Shown piece after piece: positions 1 to 13,953 of a DNA stretch of 64,000 nucleotides. Origin of the DNA: Albugo candida (Eukaryota); contig JBDOQK010000010.1 in NCBI GenBank assembly GCA_040437565.1, positions 310,001 through 374,000 on the forward strand. Direction: 5' to 3'. The notes below the pieces were generated by a model. That model did no database searches, was not told where the DNA came from, and worked only from the letters and a program-made list of their open reading frames with translations. The position numbers were made by a program, and so were the translations under genes. Position 1 is the first letter of the stretch; each line of letters starts with the position of its first letter.

Positions 1-1201
1 ACCATATAACGCATTTCGATCATGCTGACCCTCGCGAGGTGAAAGCGCTCACTTGATGCTCAAGCATTAGATACCAACTAGCATGGACAACCTTATTTCG
101 TTGTAAGAAAAATTATACCTAGCCATTGGTAATAATCTTGCAGAGCAGATGTGTGCTGGCAGCGTCAACAAAATGAGAATATGAAACTATACCAGCCAAA
201 TACTCAAAGAATGCATGATTTTTCAGGATATCATTCCGAATATTTCATTTTTTGAACTGTGTAAATCTACGAGAAGCTAAAAGTTGCTTTCAGCCACGAA
301 GAAACGGCGAAGACGTATGCTCTCGACTATTTCGCACCTTCTGGAATCTTCCATGTAAGCAAGAACTACTTTAATATCTGCGTCGAAAACAAAACTTGCA
401 AATGAGCGACATTCACCCGGATTGGCACTTGGCAAAGCCCCACAAACTTGGTTGTCGTCTGTTGCGGCCGGCCAGAAGTCTCTCGATGTTACTTAGTCAA
501 TTGGCCATCAGCTATTAAGCTTTGCCAGATCATCAGCAGGCTACGATACTCGACGAAGTTCAGACACTTTCGCAATAAATTCCAAAATCTTTGCAAGAGC
601 AAGCCCGATCCGTGCCCGAAAGGGAGGCAGCGCCAACAAGATGGATCGACGTGAGGCAATTTTACTGGATTTGAGTATTGGAACTTAGAGGAAAACCCAA
701 AAAACGTCTATATATAGCAAATATAGCCATCATATCGTTCAAAAATAATAATACAAACAAAATAGCCAATCATACTTGTTTTGTGAGTGGCAATAAGGAA
801 ATCGTCTGTGGCGATAACGGCTCTTTATAAAAAAATAATAACCCGGAGCCGGTTTCTAGCAATGGTGTGATTCGGCACTGCTGGATCGGCGTATGCAGAT
901 TTACTATGCATTTGCGATTACGATGATCCATATACCAGTCAAATCCCTGAGGTTTGTGAATTAAGTACTCGGCACTTTTTCAAGTCAAACAGCGGAGAAT
1001 GCTTCCTTTTCAACGAAGAGTGAGAGTTACTATGATCCCGTAAAAGTTTGCCTGAGCAACATTCGGGTTCGGGGAAGTGATCGATCGAATTAGTCTTGGA
1101 GAGCTTGCGTAATAACTGCGTCCTAAATATCTTCACTATTGTCAGTGCACATACAGATCTTCGTCGCATCACAAGCTTCTATTTTCAGATGCACTGTTGT
1201 A

Positions 1202-2550
1202 CAGTACCCTCCGGAAAAGATTAGCCGCCCCAAATTTTTACCACTTTATGAAACAAACACTTTGACTTCCGAAGCATGATACCCACGCGTGATGAGTAAT
1301 CTGCCCATGAAATCTGATACAAAACTTTTACAGTATACAACCCTGCAATCCTTCAGAATTTTTTCTCCGAATGATGATTTTATGATGATAATAGTATATA
1401 TAGGAAAAATACATGCTACCAGCGAGTAGAACTCCATTTTACTTCAATTACTGCTTCGATCCTCACTGGCATGGAGTTAACAAGATGCTGTATCCACTCT
1501 GGATCAATAGAAGACCATATCTGTTTGAGTTGAAGCCATATCTCCTCGCTGTTTTTTGGCTTTGGGGAGCTTTGGATGGCTGCTTTCTTCTTTGCCCATA
1601 CATTCTAAATGGGATTGAGATCAGGAGAGTTTGAAGGCCATTCTACCTTGTCAACGCTGCGCTCGTCAGGCCATTTTTCGGGCGCTTTTGCGAGATGGAT
1701 AGGCGCACCATCTTCCATGAGTATGACACTTCCAGCATTATCAAGGCCTTCCCAGAATCCAGCCAACTCACCATCGTACACCTGTGCGACAAAGTCAGCT
1801 GCTGTTCGACGATATGGTGCCATACACACAAGCTGGCTTTTTTGTTATCCTGAAAGGCACATCATACCATAACTAGAGAAGGCCCTGACTTGTAAGAAGG
1901 TGCCAGATAGTCTGATTGTTACCTCTCATTGGTAAATCTCCAGACCAGAGGTCGGCGAAAATTCTTCCCAATTTAAAAGCTTGCCTCATCAGTCCAGTAG
2001 GTTGATTTCCAGAACTCTATGGTGGAATACTGGTATCTTTTTGCAAAGTCCAGCCTCTTACCAGTATGTGGCTTGTTCAAAAAAGGCTTTTTAACCTCCA
2101 CTTGAGCAAAGAGACCAGCGGCATGTAAAGTCTCTTAAAGTGCATCCTGGCCAGTTTTGGTTGGCATGTTGAATGTAATTTCGGCCAAAGTTGAACGTCT
2201 TGCACCCTTGGTGCTGCGTACTAGAGTTCTTACATCCCTTCCTGGAGGTTTTTTGACCTTCCAGGGCTTTTCTTTGGCATAACTGTGTTTTCTTTATTCT
2301 ACCCCTCCTTGATGCGTCGCACCTGTCATTCATGTGTGCTGAACTTTCAGGCAATTTCTCCAACTTTTGTACCAGCCTGCCTCGTTCCAACAATGCGAAA
2401 ACGTTCCTCGGCTGTCAAAAGATGTTTTTGTGCAGTTTCAGCCATATTTTGAAATATTTGGAGACGCGGCAGTGGTTTGTTCAAGCGCAAGCTTGCGGCT
2501 GTGATTCGAAAAATTAAAAAAAAGCGGACAATCTTTTCCGGAGGGTACTG
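1202..2550 (-). mobile_element. Tc1-family DNA transposon, family A copy 1, degenerate transposase
   Basis: Perfect 21-bp TIRs CAGTACCCTCCGGAAAAGATT (1202-1222 and 2530-2550). TA TSD at 1200-1201 and 2551-2552. Minus-strand fragments include an HTH region (ERFRIVGTRQAGTKVGEIA) and LMEDGAPIH...WPSNSPDLNPI*, with a stop at the catalytic E. Confidence 0.95.
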
Positions 2551-2552
2551 TA

Positions 2553-3900
2553 CAGCATCATACAAAAAGTATACGTTATTTTTCATATGACGTTAAATTA
2601 TCGCTTTAACCTTGACGAAGAATCAATTTTTTGATGATCAAAAAGCCACAATAATACTAAAACAAATGCTTAAGGCTGACAATGAAGTCTATTAGAAGTC
2701 GTTGCTACAGTATTTATATTCAGGAATTGTACTGTTCGTCGAAAATGTGCGTGCGATGGTGGAGGGTCCACCAGCGAGTTGCTCCACCCTTGGCAGCAAG
2801 AACAGTAGCAAATCGCCTTGGCTAAACTCTACTAGGCATCGAAGCATCTCGGGGGATACCTTGCGGAATTCCTCATCAAGTATAGTAGCTATTTCTTCGA
2901 CATTGTTTGGTCTGTCGCGGTTCTGGACTGCATCTTTAAGATTCTTTCGCGGGTTTTCGATGTGGCTGAGATCAGGACTTTAGGCAGGTCATTCTAGCTT
3001 TGCAAGCGACCGCTTTTCCCGCCATGTCTTTGCTGCACTACTACCATGGGCTGTCGCATTGTACTGCAAAAGAATTAGGCCTTTCTTGTCATCCTTGTCG
3101 TCCATCCATGGTCCAAGTGCAGCGTCATAGATCAGATTGATAAAGTCGGTGCCAGTGCGATGTTGGGGTGGCATAATGATCATCTGTAGAATCCTCTCGC
3201 CAGCAAGAGCACCCCAGATCATCATCGAAGACCGTTCACTCCTAAATGTTGGCGCCAAACACTCAAAATTGATTCTTTCATCGACGCCACACAACGACCT
3301 GACGAGAATTCTTGACAATCTCAAAGGCGGACTCGTCGGTCCAAATGACGACTTTCTTTCAGTCCTCTACTGTCCAATTTTTGAATTTCTGAGCAAAATC
3401 CAGTCTCTTAGCCTTGTGTTTATCATTCAATAAAGACTTCTTGGAGGCAATGCGACTCTTAATTCCCATCCCATGGAGGGGGCTACGGATTGTGCCTGGC
3501 GATGCCGGAGTATTCGCTTTGTTCGCGATTTCTGCTAGTGGCGCCCACCGGTTCTGCATTACAGTGCGCCCAAGTGACGTGCGGTCCCATTCTGTGAGCT
3601 TTGGTGGTCTTCCTCTCAACTTGGTACGCTCCACCGTACCCTTTTTGCGCCAGTTATGTAGCACTGTCGAAACGGTTGACTGGGTGAGTCCTGTTTAGGC
3701 AGGGATTTCTCGCTATTTTAAGCCTGCCTGATGCAATCCAACAATGGTAGCTTTCTTCTCAGTGCTTAAACAACATGTCTTCATATTTCACAAATGGTTT
3801 GATGTCAGAAACACAAAGTAATATGGCTGGATATTCCTCTTATCTTATTTTTTGTGGTGTGGATTTCAGAAAAATAACGTATTTTTTTTGTAGGCTTTTT
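2553..3900 (-). mobile_element. Tc1-family DNA transposon, family B, degenerate
   Basis: Minus-strand ORFs 3359-3664 (GRPPKLT...KKSLLNDKHKAKRLDFA) and 2989-3324 (SMMIWGAL...LQYNATAH). Imperfect TIRs: CAGCATCATACAAAAAGTATACGTTATTTTTC from 2553 versus GAAAAATAACGTATTTTTTTTGTAGG at about 3869-3894. The right terminus is decayed. Confidence 0.8.
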
Positions 3901-4099
3901 AAGGTCATGCCATTTTCAAATTTTGGGCATAACGGATTTCACTTAAGTCTATCCGATTTCCTTTATGACGCAATTAGCAATTGTCGTTTTCTCCACCATC
4001 AGCTGCTGTAATTTTCTTCAGCAAATGACGTACAGGACAAAAACTTTAGGCATTGAAGTTCGCATTCAGATCGATGTGTGGGGCAACTGCTGCACTTCG

Positions 4100-6095
4100 G
4101 ATGGAGTCGCTGCATCGAATGATCTAGCAAAGCTATTATTCGTTCCTTATTGTGACCAAAGCCGTTCCCGGTTACAATTTTTTCAAATCAGAGCATTTCT
4201 CGTTATCAGAAAACATACTTTTGTGGAAATGACTTGGGTCTACTTCTTTGCAATTCAAAAGTGCGTTCTTAAAAGTAAATCATTTCATTATCCGTCTGAG
4301 CCTGAGTTTTTTCTCAGTAACTTATCAATTATACCTCGTAGTCTAATGTATCATTATAATCGTTATAGAGTTCATGACATACCTTTGGCATTACGCAAAC
4401 TGTCACTTGGTGCACCACATTCCGATACGATTATATATTCCATAATCGGTAGAAAAAGAGGATAGTATCGTAATTGTTTCGCTTAAGTGAAGTACCATCC
4501 GCGTCAAGCACTACGTCACTACTTCAAGCATGATCATTGGTAAGATTAGTCACTTGATACGCTAGTTAACTTGTGGCACATCACTCAGCAGACTGTAATG
4601 GTACGACAGTCATATAGGTGCGCGCAAACGGATCTCTCAGTTGCTGTAGATCATTGCAGTTCTGTGACTTATTGTTTGATAAGTTGGCGCTACTCCTTAG
4701 ATGTATGTGTGCTTGCACTTCACATGTAACGCATCAATGATTTCACAAGCAGGTGCGCTCACTAGTTCTCCAATAAATATTTGAAAGATCGAAATAATGG
4801 CTTAGGCTCTAGTAGGATAAATTCCGCTTTCCCGTAACCGCTTGTGAACATGTGCCAGTAATTATTTCTTCTACTGTGCACTCGAAAGTCTCCCTCAGCT
4901 TTTGTTGATCTATTTGGTACTTGTCACGATTTGGTTTAAATATCGAGCACGCAGTCAAGATAATCTTTGTCATGACTTTACACTGCGTCTACTGTCACTG
5001 TTGACTTAAAATTGGACGTTTTCGTCTCATCTATGTGCCTCGTGGACGTAACGCATCTTTTCCATCTTGCCTCATGTCGTGTTCTTGGTCACTGATGCTA
5101 AACGGGTATTCTCTGCACCCAGTGGAGGAGTTGATTTTCTGTGAATACTATTCGTGTCATTAAATCTTGTCCTTGAAGCAAGACATGAAAAGATAGAGAT
5201 AAGCAGGGCATATTCCCCAGTGCAAGCGGTTCAATTGGTACTTGGAACGTGCCAATAATCACAGATTTTTTCATCTATTCGCACATCGTCACCTGATTAA
5301 TGAACAACTTCCTTCAGGTCCTATATTTCCAACGTATCCTTGCACTATCGCGATATCCTTAATGCACATATTTGGATTAATGCATGCAAATCTCGCCTAT
5401 TTTCATTTTGCTAAACAACTCCTAAGCTTAATTTCTGTGGAAGCCGAAAAAAATCTGAACGGTAAGATTGCACCTCGCACAAGCATGATTTTGCTCCGGT
5501 TCTAATTTATCATGCTTGCCTAGAGTAAATGTTTTCTTTGTGGAATGCTTTTTGACTCTTTACGAGAATATTTGGATGATGTGTGCATCTTCTTTCCGCA
5601 CATTTATCATATCATATAGCTTCGAGAAGGATTCGATTCTACCATTCCATCATTTTCCATCGTTGCTTCATATCTTTGGAAGCAGATAGCATGCTCTTCC
5701 ATTCATTCAAGCTTCAATCTGATCTTTAAATATCATTCTGTGCATCTCGGGTTCATTTTCCTCCGTTTCATTGGTACAGCAGGACGAAGGGCGACTATAC
5801 CAATACTTGACGTTTGCATCAGGCTTTTCTTGTTCGAGTTCTCTATGATCTATCCATCGCGTCTATATAGTCTATGATTCATCAAGAATCTTTGGTATCA
5901 CAATTAATATCGTAGGTACAGACTCGTACTATTGTCTTAAGGCAACCATTGGCACCGTGAATACTTTTGTTCTTGCTACACACAGACTTGGTGGGTCTTG
6001 TACAGCTGTAATTTTTCCGTCTATTTTTGGAACATCTTAAAGCATCATATTACAATGTAAACACTAAGAAGAATGCAAAATAGCACGCTTTTCAG
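4100..6095 (-). pseudogene. Possible highly degraded secreted Cys-rich gene
   Basis: Minus strand near 6095 reads a hydrophobic signal-peptide-like stretch (KSVLFCILLSVYIVI*C), followed by stop-ridden Cys-containing frames. No TE motifs recognised. Boundaries are uncertain. Confidence 0.25.
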
Positions 6096-6871
6096 TTTGG
6101 AATATCTATGCGTAAATTAGGGGTACAGGACTGTACTGTACATTACTAAGTCAGCGAAATCGGCCATGTCATACCACGTCTTTCCTTCAACACGTCCCCA
6201 TCTTGCTAAACTACTTACTCGTGCTCTTGTGTAGAGGCATTCTGAGAAGCTTCCATGATCGATTTCTGCGTCTCGTCATCGCTTTTTTAGAATGACCTGG
6301 CTCTAGTACTTCTCAGACAGCAACTTAATGTGTCAACCAAATCTGCTTGCACTTCCGTAATCGCATTTTTTGCTGCATTGTCTTCCGTTAAGCATTTACA
6401 TGACCCCTCTCCTGGTGGCGCATTAGGCTTACTGCGAGGAAGAAGGAGCCAAACGATCCATAAGATCAATGGTCTCAGTGGTCTTTTCTGTTACTCGGTC
6501 GCTTTACACGGGTTGCTCTGTCATTCTTCTCGTGATCAATAGGCACTCGTCTATTTCCCGAAGTCTCGACTCCACTTACCATAATAGTACTAAAGTGTTC
6601 GTCCGAGGGATTTCCGGAAGATCACCGTAATGAATCCAATAAAATCTGCTTGTTAAAATTAATATATGGTATGTCATCTAGCAGAATTGATAATCTTCTG
6701 CATAAATAGTCTTGAGCGACGGTCGGCTCAAAAAATATCCGCTTCATCATTTCATAAACATGATAGCAAGCCTGGCTTGATAGCCTGAGCTGATGTTTAG
6801 GTCAAGCTATATTACCGTCCGATACAGCTCCTATTGCTAAGAAACCCATAGGCTCTTGAACATTGTCTTCG

Positions 6872-8030
6872 ACTTGAGTAAATCATCCTTGCTCTCGTTG
6901 AATCGGACCATGCCGTGTCCACGTATTCCCAATTTGACCATAATGGGTCCGGAGGATTCGATCAAGTATTTGGGTATTCCGTTTGGCCAGACACCGACTC
7001 ATTCGATGGTTATTTCAACTCTCGACAAGCGTTTTTTACGATGGGTTTGGTGTATGGTTTCGACGANNNNNNNNNNNNNNNNNNNNNNNNNNNNNNNNNN
7101 NNNNNNNNNNNNNNNNNNNNNNNNNNNNNNNNNNNNNNNNNNNNNNNNNNNNNNNNNNNNNNNNNNAGTGGAATCCGATCAACATCTCTTTCTAGAGTGC
7201 GATTACACGGCACAGTTATGGAGGGAGTTACTCCCTAGTTGGGATCAGTTTTTCTCCTCTCGACCACGTTGGACGCATGTTGCATGTTCAATCGTACCAA
7301 CCCTAAGGTCGGATTGAAAAGATTATTTAGCAATTATATCAGATTTATGGCTTTCATTACAAGCGGTGACACTGCACTTCGTCTGGACAGATCGGAATCG
7401 TCGTTTCCTTGATCAACGATCAACAACTCCAACAGTTCCAGCACTTTCCTTGATCTACACCACGTTTAGTGCGCACGTTCGGTATTTTCGAAGACAGTGT
7501 TACGAACAAGAGGAACGCATTCGGCTTGCAAAGGTTCTGGATCAACTCACAACGCAAGGATCATTTGGTGGATTTTTCAGAAGTCGAAGATCATTGCTGC
7601 AAGTCCGGCACAGGCGAGTGGAACGGCAAGTGCAACTCGGATCCTAGTCCTAGTTGGCTGGTTATGCTCACCGTAGTGTGGCGCACACCATTGCACACAA
7701 CACGGTACTTTGGACCATTTTACAACGCACGGTACGTTGGACCGTTTTACAACTCACGGTACTTTTGGACCCTTTTACAACACACGGTAGTTTTGGACCA
7801 TATTCTTCACAACTTTTTACAACATTCAACATTTATCCGTTACAAGATGGTTACACTCTCGTACTGTAGCGGTGGACGCTACCGCACTGCAGTAATAGCA
7901 ACGAGGGACATATTATCATCTCTCACAGGTATTTCGCGAAACGATTTTATATGTATATATGTTATTTAAGATAGCCTAGGCAACTAGAGAAGTCAGTTAG
8001 TCTAATTCTAGTAATATAGACAGCTTCAAC
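6872..8030 (+). mobile_element. 5'-truncated L1/Tx1-like non-LTR retrotransposon, copy 1 (spans a gap)
   Basis: RT C-terminal motif (SIKYLGIPF) and zf-RVT-like ESDQHLFLEC. 15-bp TSD TGAACATTGTCTTCG at 6857-6871 and 8031-8045. Ends ...GACAGCTTCAAC. Confidence 0.92.
7701..7813 (+). repeat. Four ~27-bp tandem units in the LINE 3' UTR
   Basis: Unit CACGGTACTTTTGGACCNTTTTACAACN repeated four times with variation. Confidence 0.85.
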
Positions 8031-8468
8031 TGAACATTGTCTTCGTACTCATTTTTCTATTGGCTATATCGACACACTGCTGCAGTTATATTCTTGATAA
8101 GCTTTCTTTTCTTTAAACTGAAATATTTTTTTCTCATTTTATGCGTAATTATTTCTGCAAGGTTGGCTTTAGAACTCAACGTCTGCCATTACGTCAATAG
8201 GATGATTCTCATGCTGTCAGCAACCATGTCTATCCAATATTGAATTATAATTGATTCACTTTTGTATACAATGCTGTACGAGCTGACAAATATCATATGC
8301 TTCCTGGCTTTTCACTTTTCTGGTCCCAAAAGTTAACTTTGAATAAGTGAGGGCTTCGTTTCATTTTGTACGATGCTTTAACGGCTCTCCGTTTCAAATG
8401 GTATTGTATAGAAGGTGATACCTGAAATCAAAACATCACCATTTACTCGCCCACTGACTAGCCATTCC

Positions 8469-8613
8469 TGTTGGCCGGTGAGCGAGGATGGTGATCGTAC
8501 TGGAAAGCTGCCAAAAATGTGTTTTTATCTTAAAAGTATATCCTATGCAATTGTTAAGACTAATTACCAAGTGCGACTTGAAATTTAAAGCACGTTCTGA
8601 AGCTCTTGTAACA
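8469..8613 (-). repeat. 3' LTR of Copia 1
   Basis: TG...CA termini, aligns to 13809-13953, preceded by the PPT at 8614-8625. Confidence 0.85.
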
Positions 8614-11600
8614 CTACACCCTTTCTAGTTGTGCTTAAACTTATGTCATCTACAGCTTTTTTCGTCTCATCTTGTAGCTCTCATACATTTTTAGTTGGGG
8701 AAATCTTGGTGTTTGGAAGGCCTTTCATCTGCAAGCCGGCCATCACCTTCGATGTATGCACGTAACTTCATGCTATAATTTGTTTAACCTCCTGCTATTT
8801 AACCTTCTGGCTCTGGCGAATTTTAGTCTGACGTCGATACGTTGAGCCTTTATTGAAGTAGCCTAGCTGAGAAACTAACTATAGCCTCCTGATCTCACCA
8901 CAATCATTAGTTCCTGCACTGTAGCTTTAAACACTTGAGATAAGTCCATTTCTCGAGTGATTCCTGTGATGCTTTCGATGCTCCTACAAACGCTTCTTCC
9001 ATGAACGCTAATGGCACTGAGTGCTGCTTCTTTAACGAGAAGCTGATGGACAACCTATTTATGAGAAACGATATACCGGGTATCTTCTTTGTCCTTTGAC
9101 CATCCGCCCGATAATGCACATCTGAAAACGCTTCTAAAGTGACTTCCGTGGGATTATCACGCAGCTAGAACTTCATTATTTTGTACCCTTGAGAAATCCA
9201 TCACTGTGGCACCCAACGCCAATAGGCTATTCCTGGTACATGACTACGTCTCGTCAATTGTGCACTACAAAACTGATGTATGGACGGGTGCAGCGCGCAG
9301 ACCATAAAATATTCAATCGTCTTGATTGTTGAATTCTTGACGGAACGCATCTCTGATTTTTTCGAATTTGATGCTATGGTATCACTGTATTCTTGATCGA
9401 TCGATTTTATAACTGAATGCGCTTCATTCAGAGGCACTTTCGTTATCATTTCGCATATATACGGTTGCTGTAGCGAGCTCGCATGCCCAAATCTTGCTCT
9501 CTAGTCCACGGATCTTGATTGAAAGATATGAAGGCTATCGAACTCGATTCGATTCGTGGAGAACTTGTCCCCGTTACCAGTTTATCGTCGATATATACTC
9601 CCAAAACCGAAGTTCCGTATTTTGGTTGAAATATAAAATCAGGCTGTGAGACATCGTTGGGGACCTGCATCGTTCATTTCTTGATGAGAAGGTGACTTCT
9701 GTCCCCTCATGCACACTCTCCTGTAGCCGTAGTACCAGTTGATTGCTTTTTGCAACCTAGACTGTCCAGCTTGGTAATCGATGTTTCCCTTTTTGAAGCG
9801 TGCAAATATATGTCCAAGTTTCTATACTGTTGGTGCAATCACGTATGCTTCAGGTATGTCACCATTCCCCGCCGGCATCCCTAGATTCTTGCTAGGCAAG
9901 TGTAAGTCCATGACTGCTGCAAATGTCGTGTGTCAGTTGACTTCGAATACTTTATTGTTTTCCAAGTCAACTATTATAGCATTAAACCCTTTTAAAATGC
10001 CGTTTGCGTCCGATTTTGGCTTAAAGAGCCACTGATAAGCTAGGCTTTAATCTCATCGGTCCTGCAACGATGGTTCATGTACGACTTTCCTCCAGTAAGG
10101 CTAATTCTGTATCGGCAGCCTCCTTCCATTCAACATGCTTTACCGATTTCATTGCTTGATTGTACGTGTCCGACTCCGATTGAAAAAACACTGTACTGGT
10201 AACTATCTTTCCCCTTTGACTTGATAACGCTCGCTTACTTATAGTAGTTTTGATTGATTCTCTTCCAGCTTTGGTACCCTCAGGAGCTTTTATGGCTGCA
10301 TTTGTAAAATCTTTTTGGAAGCCCTTGGAATTTTCAATTTCAGTTGCTTCTTCCAGTGTTGACTCAATAGCTCCCACTTCACTTCTTTCTGCGAGACGCT
10401 CTATTCCATTTTGAATCGAACCGAACAAGGCCAGCCGAGTGTTGCGACATCAGAAAGAGTTGCATACTTCCCAGTCTCAATTCTCTAAAGGGAGCTGTCT
10501 TCCTTTATTCACTATGGTTGGATTTTATTGGGGATAAAAGTAGCACATTCGGCAGCATCTCTCCAAAAGCATAACGCAATAGATCTACCAAATATCGTAA
10601 GCTGCATCAGAATGATTAGTGTCAGCTACATTCGTTCAGCCTTTTTCATTCGAAGCTTGTTTTAGGCCTTAGGTGTCGTCGTACTCCCAGCTACTGGGGA
10701 AAAACGTCAATGTTTTTGTACTCTCCGCCATCATCAGTGCGTAGAAGATGAATTTTGCAATCANNNNNNNNNNNNNNNNNNNNNNNNNNNNNNNNNNNNN
10801 NNNNNNNNNNNNNNNNNNNNNNNNNNNNNNNNNNNNNNNNNNNNNNNNNNNNNNNNNNNNNNNAATATAAAATCAGGCTGTGAGACATCGTTGGGGACCT
10901 GCATCGTTCATTTCTTGATGAGAAGGTGACTTCTGTCCCCTCATGCACACTCTCCTGTAGCCGTAGTACCAGTTGATTGCTTTTTGCAACCTAGACTGTC
11001 CAGCTTGGTAATCGATGTTTCCCTTTTTGAAGCGTGCAAATATATGTCCAAGTTTCTATACTGTTGGTGCAATCACGTATGCTTCAGGTATGTCACCATT
11101 CCCCGCCGGCATCCCTAGATTCTTGCTAGGCAAGTGTAAGTCCATGACTGCTGCAAATGTCGTGTGTCAGTTGACTTCGAATACTTTATTGTTTTCCAAG
11201 TCAACTATTATAGCATTAAACCCTTTTAAAATGCCGTTTGCGTCCGATTTTGGCTTAAAGAGCCACTGATAAGCTAGGCTTTAATCTCATCGGTCCTGCA
11301 ACGATGGTTCATGTACGACTTTCCTCCAGTAAGGCTAATTCTGTATCGGCAGCCTCCTTCCATTCAACATGCTTTACCGATTTCATTGCTTGATTGTACG
11401 TGTCCGACTCCGATTGAAAAAACACTGTACTGGTAACTATCTTTCCCCTTTGACTTGATAACGCTCGCTTACTTATAGTAGTTTTGATTGATTCTCTTCC
11501 AGCTTTGGTACCCTCAGGAGCTTTTATGGCTGCATTTGTAAAATCTTTTTGGAAGCCCTTGGAATTTTCAATTTCAGTTGCTTCTTCCAGTGTTGACTCA

Positions 11601-13808
11601 ATAGCTCCCACTTCACTTCTTTCTGCGAGACGCTCTATTCCATTTTGAATCGAACCGAACAAGGCCAGCCGAGTGTTGCGACATCAGAAAGAGTTGCATA
11701 CTTCCCAGTCTCAATTCTCTAAAGGGAGCTGTCTTCCTTTATTCACTATGGTTGGATTTTATTGGGGATAAAAGTAGCACATTCGGCAGCATCTCTCCAA
11801 AAGCATAACGCAATAGATCTACCAAATATCGTAAGCTGCATCAGAATGATTAGTGTCAGCTACATTCGTTCAGCCTTTTTCATTCGAAGCTTGTTTTAGG
11901 CCTTAGGTGTCGTCGTACTCCCAGCTACTGCGGAAAAACGTCAATGTTTTTGTACTCTCCGCCATCATCAGTGCGTAGAAGATGAATTTTGCAATCAAAT
12001 ATATCCTCGAAGTGGGCCAATAAATCTTGGAACTTCTTGGCTGCTCCACTCTTGATTTTGGTCAAGAACACGCGATATATTTCGCTCTCTAGTCAGATAA
12101 ATAGACAAAAACTCTTGAGGCGTGATTGCACCCTTCGAATCACTCGATTTAACTCCACCAATTTACTCCTTTGATGAGTTTTTACCGGTACTTTTCTGAG
12201 ACTGTTTGTTCTTTCTTTACATGCTTTCCACACATTTCGGTCGCTGGCCGTCATCAATCTCGATCGCTGATTCCGGACGCTATGCTATGAATTTGCTAGT
12301 ATCTTAATTCAGATGATAAAATCGTTATGGAGGTGTAAAAGACTCCCATCTGCCCTTTTGATTTGTCCACAGACTGATGAAGCTATTATATCTATAGAAG
12401 TTGATACGCGTTCTAGATTTTCCATCTCGATAACGGGAACATTTTTGACATTGTTCACTTCTAAAACGAACAGCCCATTGCAAGTGTCCGGCAAATTCTC
12501 GATGCATCTGTTTGATGCTAAATTTTGCATCATTTCGCCTTCAACTTTCCACACGAGACAATGTTCGAAGAGAGGCTTTCTGCATGTTGCGCAACATTCA
12601 AGAGAGCATTCCTCATTAAACTAGTGACTGCTGCAAAAAATTCTGGTTATCCTGTACATCCCATCTTCGTTCCGTCCCGTTTAAAGCTACGCTTGATTCT
12701 TCGCATTCCTTACAATTCTGTCACAAGTTCATATCCGACACAAAATGCCTGCTTTATCCGCTGACTAATGTCCATGTTTCCTGCGTGTGACCAGAATAGT
12801 ATTTTTGCATACAATACCTAAAACGGTGTTTTATTACTAGAGGAAGCCTTATTCCGACAATATTTTTCTCCTATGTCCGCTTCCCACAATTGTAGCAAGT
12901 CGTTTGCTTGTTTCGCGTGTTGTCCTTGATTGCACCGATTCGGTATCACGTCCATTTCTTTGTAATCCTTCAATTGGTGTATCCCCGGTGGTGTCTCAGT
13001 CCATAAATTGAGCAAAGTGACACAATTCATCTGCTTGCCTTCGCGTATCTTCACGATTTCCAGTAGCAAATCTTCCATTTCACCACCTGCTTCACTGATA
13101 TCCGACAGGAATAAAACGTTCTGGCTCCAAGAACGTCTATTCGGTATTTTACCGTAAAACCCCGTGTTGTCTGCGCTCTGGTATGCTGGACCAAAGCACT
13201 TCATCAGTACGGTTCATCACTTCTTCGACCCTACAGCACTCAGTCATATAAAGAGTGACTTGCTGCTCGTAATAGCAAGAGATTTCCACTCTGATGCTGT
13301 TCTAGGCATTCCAGCTTCACCTCTTCACTACAAATCCCGCTGAATGCTTGCTGGGAATGTGATAGTAGTTGCCGTAAGAAACAAGAACCCCACTGGGTAA
13401 ACGGCCCTCCAAGTCCAGAGTTTGTAATTATCCCGTCAAATGGCTGAATGGCGAGCTTCATATACTTTTCTGCCGGGAATGCTACTCGGTTTTGGCCCGT
13501 TCAGCACATTATGTTACATGCCATGGACAAATCCTCTCCTCATCCTGCTTCCGCGATGCTGCTTTGGTTTCGCATTCAGGGATGACATTGTCAAACCCTG
13601 CCTTTCTCTGTTTGATCCGACAAACACGCTTTCATCCTGTCCAAGAGATACTGATATGGGCGACCCGAAGCTTCACTCGGTTTCGATTCTGTTCAGCCGA
13701 TTCCATATTGTCTCCAGAAGTATTATGATTCGTTCCATCTTCGACTCATCTGCTCCGTACGATTCTTCCATGATCTTTGCTGGGGGAACCTTGGTTGGGC
13801 ACATAAGG

Positions 13809-13953
13809 TGCAGGATGGTTAGCGACGATGGTGTCGTAATAGGAAATTGCGAACAATGTGTCTATCTCTAGCAAATAGATTCCTAACCAATCGATTAGAA
13901 TAAGTACCAAGTGCGACTAGAAATCTAACGTACATTTTCAACTCCTTGCGACA
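13809..13953 (-). repeat. 5' LTR of Copia 1
   Basis: TG...CA termini, shares TACCAAGTGCGACT with the other LTR, followed by the PBS-like sequence. Confidence 0.85.

Larger units (their letters stand above)
8469..13953 (-). mobile_element. Copia LTR retrotransposon 1, full-length and old
   Basis: Two diverged 145-bp LTRs. TSD ATTCC/ATTCA. Degenerate PBS CCTTATGTGCCC and PPT GAAAGGGTGTAG. Fragments of gag (KLAIQPFDG...SGLG), integrase (KIHLLRTDDGGEY), RT (GVYIDDKL) and RNase H (LEAFSD) occur in Copia order. Confidence 0.9.

Noticed and set aside
1-1199. Short ORFs at the window start
   Set aside because: No recognisable motif or long frame; may be a pseudogene tail but cannot be supported.
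9630-11997. Apparent 1.13-kb tandem duplication within Copia 1 (9630-10763 versus 10864-11997)
   Set aside because: The copies are nearly identical and directly flank a 100-N gap, so this is most likely an unmerged contig overlap or two haplotypes.
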